DNA of 64,000 nucleotides. Source: an uncultured Clostridia bacterium (GTDB lineage: Bacteria > Bacillota > Clostridia > Christensenellales > UBA1242). The notes under the pieces are model-generated. The model was not told where the DNA came from. It searched no databases and saw only the letters and a list, made by a program, of their open reading frames with translations. Positions 58,593-64,000 of this stretch are shown here, piece after piece (the stretch's first letter is position 1; every line of letters starts with the position of its first letter). The position numbers and the translations under genes are program-made. The stretch covers positions 51,868 to 115,867 of the forward strand of contig CANQDK010000003.1 in assembly GCA_947591785.1 (NCBI GenBank), in the 5' to 3' direction.

Positions 58593-59213
58593 TTACGCTT
58601 TGACAGATTGTCTTATAGTGAGAATTGCGCCTTTTGCACCAGGAACATTTCCTTTGATAAGAAGCAAGTTTCTGTCTGCATCGACTTTGACGATTTCCAA
58701 GTTTTGAATGGTTACTTGTTCGTTTCCATATTGTCCTGGCATGTGTTTATTCTTAAACACACGAGATGGTGAAGAGTTTGCACTCATAGAACCAACTTCT
58801 CTGTGAACAGGCCCTGTTCCGTGAGTCATCTTAAGTCTATGTTGATTCCATCTTTTGATAACGCCAGAAAATCCGTGTCCTTTTGTGATGCCGATAACAT
58901 CAACTTTGTCTTTAGCAGAAAACAAATCTGCTTTAACAACCGCACCAACTTCCAACTCTCCATCAAGAGCAAGTTCTTTCAAAACTTTGCAAGGTTCAAC
59001 CTTTGCTTTGTCAAACAAACCTTTTTGTGGTTTTGTGACATTTTTCTTTTGAGTTCCAAAGGCACAAACATAAGTTTCGTAGCCATCAATCTCTTTTGTT
59101 TTCTTTTGAACAACTGTCATTGGGCCAGCCTCAACAACAGTGACTGGAATAACCAAACCGTCTTCGGTGAAGACTTGTGTCATACCAAGTTTTTTACCTA
59201 ATATTGCTTTCAC
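58593..59213 (-). CDS. rplC: 50S ribosomal protein L3
   Basis: 206 aa. [12 protein letters not shown] start. Confidence 0.94.
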   Translation of the reverse strand: MKAILGKKLGMTQVFTEDGLVIPVTVVEAGPMTVVQKKTKEIDGYETYVCAFGTQKKNVTKPQKGLFDKAKVEPCKVLKELALDGELEVGAVVKADLFSAKDKVDVIGITKGHGFSGVIKRWNQHRLKMTHGTGPVHREVGSMSANSSPSRVFKNKHMPGQYGNEQVTIQNLEIVKVDADRNLLLIKGNVPGAKGAILTIRQSVKA

Positions 59214-59227
59214 TTGTCTAAACCTCC

Positions 59228-59536
59228 TTACAGTTTAATACTAATCTCAACACCAGCAGGCAATTCCAACTTCATAAGAGCATCAACAGCCTTGGCATTT
59301 GGATTATAGATGTCAATAAGTCTTTTGTGGGTTTTGCTTTCAAATTGTTCTCTTGAATCTTTATCCTTGTGAGGAGAACGAATCACAGTAACCACTTCTC
59401 TGTCAGTTGGAAGTGGGATTGGCCCAGAAACTTTTGCACCATTTTTGCCAGCAGTATCAATAATTCTCTTGCAAGCCTCATCAATGAGTGTGTGTTCATA
59501 GGCTTTAAGTTTAATTCTCATTTTTTGTGTTGCCAT
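59228..59536 (-). CDS. rpsJ: 30S ribosomal protein S10
   Basis: 102 aa. [12 protein letters not shown] and [13 protein letters not shown] motifs. Confidence 0.94.
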   Translation of the reverse strand: MATQKMRIKLKAYEHTLIDEACKRIIDTAGKNGAKVSGPIPLPTDREVVTVIRSPHKDKDSREQFESKTHKRLIDIYNPNAKAVDALMKLELPAGVEISIKL

Positions 59537-59835
59537 TTCTTTTTTAATACCTCCCGTTTATTCGCTTTACCAAAGTGTTGCATTTTCTTTGCGGTGTAAA
59601 GTGTTTTCTTAAGAGCAGTTTGTTCCCACAACAAACCAACCCTGTCGAACACGACCCCGCGTGTGTCACGCTGTATGACTTAAAAAAATGTCACTTTAGT
59701 CGCTTCGAATCATGTTCGAAACTTGGTCCACGCAAATTTTCTTATCACCGCTTGAATAGGTGCAAGTAACCTTGCGTTTCTCACCCGTGACTGCTGTGAC
59801 GTTGATGTAATAACACACCTCGCACAACTTACAGC
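59537..59835 (-). promoter_or_regulatory. long (~300 nt) structured 5' leader of the S10 ribosomal operon
   Basis: Visibly richer in G+C than its surroundings. Several perfect hairpins on the minus strand (GCAAG-GUUA-CUUGC, GUUUGUU-GUGGG-AACAAAC, GUUUCGAA-CAUGA-UUCGAAGC), an internal U7 run, and a possible long-range pairing CGUGCUGUA/UACAGCGUG. Confidence 0.45.
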
Positions 59836-59841
59836 ACGCTT

Positions 59842-59870
59842 ATTATATCACATAGAACAACGCTTGTCAA
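59842..59870 (-). promoter_or_regulatory. sigma-A-type promoter of the S10 operon (extended -10)
   Basis: TTGACA - 17 nt - TATAAT with TGA immediately upstream of the -10, read on the minus strand. Confidence 0.7.
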
Positions 59871-60574
59871 CGGTTTTTTCAAAAAAAACTTAAAAGATTT
59901 CAACATAGATTAAACAATAAAGATTTGACTATTTTTAATTGATTGACTAAAGAAACAACTGAACCAGAATTGGATTCTAAACTTGGATTCTAATTCTAAA
60001 TTAGATTATAATAAAATAAATATATAATATATAAGAAAATTAATATTTTATAAGCACAAAAAATTTAAAGTTAAAATAAAATATTAGACATATTAAAAAA
60101 CAAACAAAGAAAATGTAATAACAAAATTATTGAAATGTTAATAAATTTCAAATAAAAAACTTGAACATTTTATTTATAAATGAAGTAATTTTATTTTAAA
60201 TTTAAAAAATTAACAAAAAAAATAACTTTTTCATAAAATTTAATAAAAAAAACTCAATTTCTTATAAAAAAACGAGTTTTTTTCTTTAAATATATTTTTA
60301 GTTCAAAAATTAATTCTAATTATGCCAAAAATTAAAAAATTCATATTTTAATAATAAAATTTTACTAAAAATCACTAATTTTTTAACTTTTTGAAAGTTT
60401 TTCTATAAATAAAGCAATTTTATTAACACCATCACGATAGTTGCATAAAGACACAGTCAGACTACATTTAGACATAAATAAACCTTATAAAAAACAATAT
60501 TTCCTTATAGACCCTCAAATTTGAAAACATAATTGAAAAAATTTTTATTAAAAAAAATTTTTTTTAATATTTTG

Positions 60575-60603
60575 TTGACATTTAAAAATAAAACTGCTAA
60601 AAT
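60575..60603 (+). promoter_or_regulatory. sigma-A-type promoter of tRNA-Asn
   Basis: TTGACA - 17 nt - TAAAAT, ~27 nt upstream of the tRNA 5' end. Confidence 0.6.
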
Positions 60604-60630
60604 ATTGCAGTAATCACTTGAAAAAGATAT

Positions 60631-60705
<75 letters not shown>

Positions 60706-60712
60706 AAAAAAG

Positions 60713-60746
60713 AGTTGCAGGTAATCTTACCCGCAACTTTTTCTTT
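60713..60746 (+). terminator. rho-independent terminator after tRNA-Asn
   Basis: AGTTGCAGGTAA-TC-TTACCCGCAACT followed by TTTTT. Confidence 0.6.
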
Positions 60747-60921
60747 TATATATTAGTTAATAGCCACTGCGTTCATTATTATTAAATTTTGCAAGTAACT
60801 TTTGAATTTTTTGTTTCCTCGCACAAAAATGTTTGAGAGCCAAAAAAATCTCTATAATAATAAAGAAATTATATTTAACATAAACAAATACAAAAATTTG
60901 ACGACACAGTTAAAACAAAAC

Positions 60922-60947
60922 TAAAAAACCAAGGTTAAAACCTTGGA
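60922..60947 (-). terminator. rho-independent terminator
   Basis: Minus strand reads CCAAGG-UUUUAA-CCUUGG followed by U6. Confidence 0.6.
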
Positions 60948-61003
60948 TTTCTTACTTCATAAACTATCTACTCGTTTAATTCACTAGAAAACTTGATTCT
61001 GTT

Positions 61004-61681
61004 TTATTTATTACTAATTTTGGTTTGAATCTTATTTGTTTCAGTTGTATTTTTTAATTCTGGAAATTTTTCAATTGTTGATTTTGGAATAAATGGAATC
61101 GTATCTGGATTTTTCGCACAATATTTTCCTATAATCTCTTCCAATGAAATAGGTTCGCAACTTGAATGACGGTCCATTGACTCAGATGCCTGTTTTGGCA
61201 AAAGTGCATTTTCAACATCTGGAGAATAGTATCCTTTTCCTTTCATATCAAATCTCCCCAAAATAACACCTTCTTCTGTCAGAATATCATAGCATTGTCC
61301 ATTTTTCGCTGGGTCAGCATATCGTGCAAGCAGAAGTCCATCTCCATAAATTTTTGGATCAAGTTTAAACATTCTTGTGTATGGGCATTTTGCTAGATTT
61401 GCTCTTAAGGTATCTCTCAAATTTTCTGGTCCTGATTTTGTTTTTAATCTCGAAATAATTTCAACTGCACTAATATCATGAACAACAAGGTCAGTCTTGT
61501 CTGTTTCTACAAGTTTTTTAACTTTATGTTTAATAAATGGAAAAATTCGCCCAATCACTGGAACAGGAACTTTGACTGTTTTCATTTCTTTTCTCTTTTC
61601 AAAAAAGCCAATAGGCATAACAACATTGCCCTTATTTTCAAATGCTTTGCGAATATGTTTTTGTTCAATTTTTCTAACCAT
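61004..61681 (-). CDS. hypothetical protein
   Basis: 225 aa. GGAAGGTGGAAA RBS. No recognised domain. Confidence 0.55.
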   Translation of the reverse strand: MVRKIEQKHIRKAFENKGNVVMPIGFFEKRKEMKTVKVPVPVIGRIFPFIKHKVKKLVETDKTDLVVHDISAVEIISRLKTKSGPENLRDTLRANLAKCPYTRMFKLDPKIYGDGLLLARYADPAKNGQCYDILTEEGVILGRFDMKGKGYYSPDVENALLPKQASESMDRHSSCEPISLEEIIGKYCAKNPDTIPFIPKSTIEKFPELKNTTETNKIQTKISNK

Positions 61682-61971
61682 TTTCCACCTTCCATAAATA
61701 AATATTAATCTGAAAAGATTATATCACATTTAAAATTTAAGTCAAGTAAAAAAATATAAATAAAAATATAAATTTTTCATAAGATATAAATTACAAAAAT
61801 TAATATTAAAAGTCACAAAAAATATAATAATTTTTTCAAATTTTTATTTCTAAGTTTTAGTTCTTTAATCTCTTATTAGATTTTAAATTTTTAACCATTT
61901 TTAAAATTCTTTTAAACTTAACTAAATTTTATAAAAATCTCTAAAAAAATAACAAAAATGTCAAAAATTAT

Positions 61972-62001
61972 AAAAAAAATCGCATTTTTTTGCGATTTTT
62001 T
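61972..62001. terminator. bidirectional rho-independent terminator
   Basis: AAAAAAAATCGCA-TTTTTT-TGCGATTTTTT. Confidence 0.6.
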
Positions 62002-62053
62002 ATGTTTTTTATATATTTTCTTTATTCTTGTTATTTTATATTCTATTCTTGCA

Positions 62054-63955
62054 TCAAATATTTTCTGCCAAAAACATTGCTTTAAATTTGTCATTTCTTT
62101 CAAATAATTCGTCAAAAGTTCCTTCATCAACAATAACCCCATTATCCAAAAAGAAAATATGGTCAACATTTTTTATTGTTGAAAGTCTATGTGCAACAAT
62201 CACAATTGTGCTTTTACCTTTCAATCCATCAATACTTTTCTTGACTTCTTCTTGTGCAAAATTGTCAAGTGACGAAGTGCTTTCATCAAAAATAATAATG
62301 TTTGAATTTCTTAATAAAGCCCTTGCAATTGCAAGTCTTTGCTTTTGTCCACCAGAAAGCTTAATACCACTTTCACCAACCTTCGTGTTAATCCCACGTG
62401 GCAGACTTTCAACGAACTCGTCAAGCGATGCCTTTTTAATACTATCCCAAATCTCCTCATCAGTTGCGTTAGCTTTTGCAAGAAGTAAATTTTCCTTGAT
62501 TGTCATGTCAAAAATGTATGGAAACTGATTGACAAGAGAGATTGTGCTTCTTAAAGTTTCTTTGTTGAGTTCTTTGATATCCACTCCATCAATTAAAACT
62601 TGCCCACTTTCTGCTTCATACATCTTACTCATCAAATTAAGAATTGTTGATTTCCCACTACCAGATTTCCCAACAAATGCAACTGTGGTGTTTGGTTTAA
62701 TTTTAAACGACAAATCATCAAAAATCTTGTTTTGCGAAACAAGTTTTTTCTGCTGTTTTGGAACTTTCTTACCTGTTTTTTCCAAAGTTTCAATTTGCGG
62801 ATATTCATACTCATAAAAAGTGTAAGAAACATTTTTGAATTCAACCTCGCCCACAATATCTTTAAGATTTTTACTTCCAAAACGCTCAGTAATAAATTCT
62901 TTTTCATCAAATAGAGAAAACATTCTCTTATGGCAAACTCGAACATCAACAATACAATTGGTGATTTGTCCAACACCAGAGATGAGTCCCCAAAGGGAAC
63001 TACGATTGGAATAGATTATCATAAATGTTGCCAAGGTTAGAAGCCCTAAATCCATTAAATAAATTCCAAATAATAACACCAAAAGTGTGCCAACACCAAT
63101 TATGAAATTTCGAGATGCCCAAAAACGCAAGTCAGTCATATCCATTTTATAACGCGATTCTCTATAATCTTCATAATTTTGTTTAGACACATCGCTCAAT
63201 TTTTGTTCCAAACCAAGCGATTTTATATCTTTCTCACTACGGACAATTTCAGTGGTAAGCGAGTTGATTTTGTCATTTTTTCGTCTAACAATAAACCTGT
63301 TTTTTCGTCTAATTTTGACACGATAAAATTCCAAAATAAATCCAACCAACACAATCAAGACAAGGAAAAGCGAAACCCAACCGTTGAGCGTTGTAATGTA
63401 AATCAGCATAACAATAGAAGTTGTCATATCAATAAAAATATCAACAATAGACGAAAGACTGTCAACAATACGTGCTGGATCTTCAACAATTCTCTGAACA
63501 AAAGTTCCTGTATCATGATCATTGTAAGTCTTTGAATTAAGTTTAAACGCCTGTTTTGCAAGATCTAGATTAAGCTCTGACATTATTTTGTTGGAGTATT
63601 TAAAATATATCCAACTTGAGCAAAACCAACAAAATCTTTGAAAAATATGTATGCTGACTGCAATAGCTCCCGTAATTAGTGCTTTCTTAAAATCAGGCGG
63701 AATTGTAACAGATTCACTGACAATCTGTGGAGTGATTAACACAATTACTCTTGCAAGTAAAATTGTCAAAAAAATGTCACACACTCCTGCAATAACAGTC
63801 AAAAGAATATATAAACCAATCCAAAGTTTATATCTTTTCAGATAAATCCCAATATTTGGTTTTTTATTACATTTTTTTTGCATTTTTTTATTAAATTTTA
63901 TATTTTTTTCAGTTTTTTTCTCGTTTTCAATTAAACTTTTACAATTTTGTTTCAT
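62054..63955 (-). CDS. ABC exporter, fused permease/ATPase (type I exporter, MsbA/bacteriocin-exporter-like, no C39 peptidase domain)
   Basis: 633 aa. Six-TM N-domain, Walker A GKSGSGKST, signature LSGGQKQRLAIARAL and Walker B IIIFDESTSSLD. The Lys-rich first ~25 aa suggest the true start may be the internal M25. Confidence 0.85.
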   Translation of the reverse strand: MKQNCKSLIENEKKTEKNIKFNKKMQKKCNKKPNIGIYLKRYKLWIGLYILLTVIAGVCDIFLTILLARVIVLITPQIVSESVTIPPDFKKALITGAIAVSIHIFQRFCWFCSSWIYFKYSNKIMSELNLDLAKQAFKLNSKTYNDHDTGTFVQRIVEDPARIVDSLSSIVDIFIDMTTSIVMLIYITTLNGWVSLFLVLIVLVGFILEFYRVKIRRKNRFIVRRKNDKINSLTTEIVRSEKDIKSLGLEQKLSDVSKQNYEDYRESRYKMDMTDLRFWASRNFIIGVGTLLVLLFGIYLMDLGLLTLATFMIIYSNRSSLWGLISGVGQITNCIVDVRVCHKRMFSLFDEKEFITERFGSKNLKDIVGEVEFKNVSYTFYEYEYPQIETLEKTGKKVPKQQKKLVSQNKIFDDLSFKIKPNTTVAFVGKSGSGKSTILNLMSKMYEAESGQVLIDGVDIKELNKETLRSTISLVNQFPYIFDMTIKENLLLAKANATDEEIWDSIKKASLDEFVESLPRGINTKVGESGIKLSGGQKQRLAIARALLRNSNIIIFDESTSSLDNFAQEEVKKSIDGLKGKSTIVIVAHRLSTIKNVDHIFFLDNGVIVDEGTFDELFERNDKFKAMFLAENI

Positions 63956-64000
63956 AAAAAAGCCTCCACTTTTTATTTTTTAGCGAAGGCCAAACAAAAC

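Noticed and set aside
59880-60630. AT-rich stretch as a replication origin (oriC)
   Set aside because: I saw no DnaA-box consensus (TTATCCACA or close variants). No dnaA or dnaN is adjacent, and gene orientation does not switch in the way expected at an origin.

Overview
This window comes from a low-GC Firmicute. spoIIE, cwlD and whiA suggest a Clostridia-like endospore former. About 90% of it is core housekeeping DNA, almost all on the minus strand. Gene order, left to right (all minus-strand genes): rsgA'-rlmN-fmt-def-priA-rpoZ; a mazF toxin module; acpS-recX-yigZ; tyrS preceded by an alkaline-phosphatase-family gene behind a tyrosine T-box; ttcA, degV, tilS-spoIIE, cwlD, tkt, pfkA-dnaE, whiA, comEB-murB. 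A complete S10-spc-alpha ribosomal superoperon (rpsJ to rplQ) spans 43.7-59.5 kb. It is followed by a lone tRNA-Asn and an ABC exporter. Short plus-strand islands (11.2-14.4, 15.6-16.2, 19.4-20.5 and 26.8-29.3 kb) hold poorly characterised or orphan genes. I found no CRISPR array, transposase, prophage block or recognisable multi-gene defence or biosynthetic system, and I do not claim a new system. The items most worth a second look are: (1) a Tyr T-box whose first regulated gene is a phosphodiesterase-like enzyme overlapping tyrS; (2) an orphan ~95-nt structured RNA with its own consensus promoter and terminator, upstream of an uncharacterised NifU-like/GGGtGRT gene pair; (3) a 2.35-copy tandem duplication of that pair's 3' coding end plus a hairpin; (4) two 9-nt poly-C/G tracts 1.4 kb apart, one of which frameshifts an acyltransferase-3 gene; (5) a mazF toxin with a non-canonical upstream partner; (6) a ~300-nt relatively GC-rich leader ahead of rpsJ, flanked by a ~0.75-kb extremely AT-rich ORF-free stretch; (7) lineage-specific ribosomal protein oddities (L24 with a Cys4 motif and a Lys-rich tail, L17 with an insertion) and two enzyme homologues with degenerate catalytic motifs. 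All homology calls rest on recalled family motifs, and no database search was run. Several ORF-track starts are alternative-codon artefacts, so I moved them to the ATG with a Shine-Dalgarno sequence.
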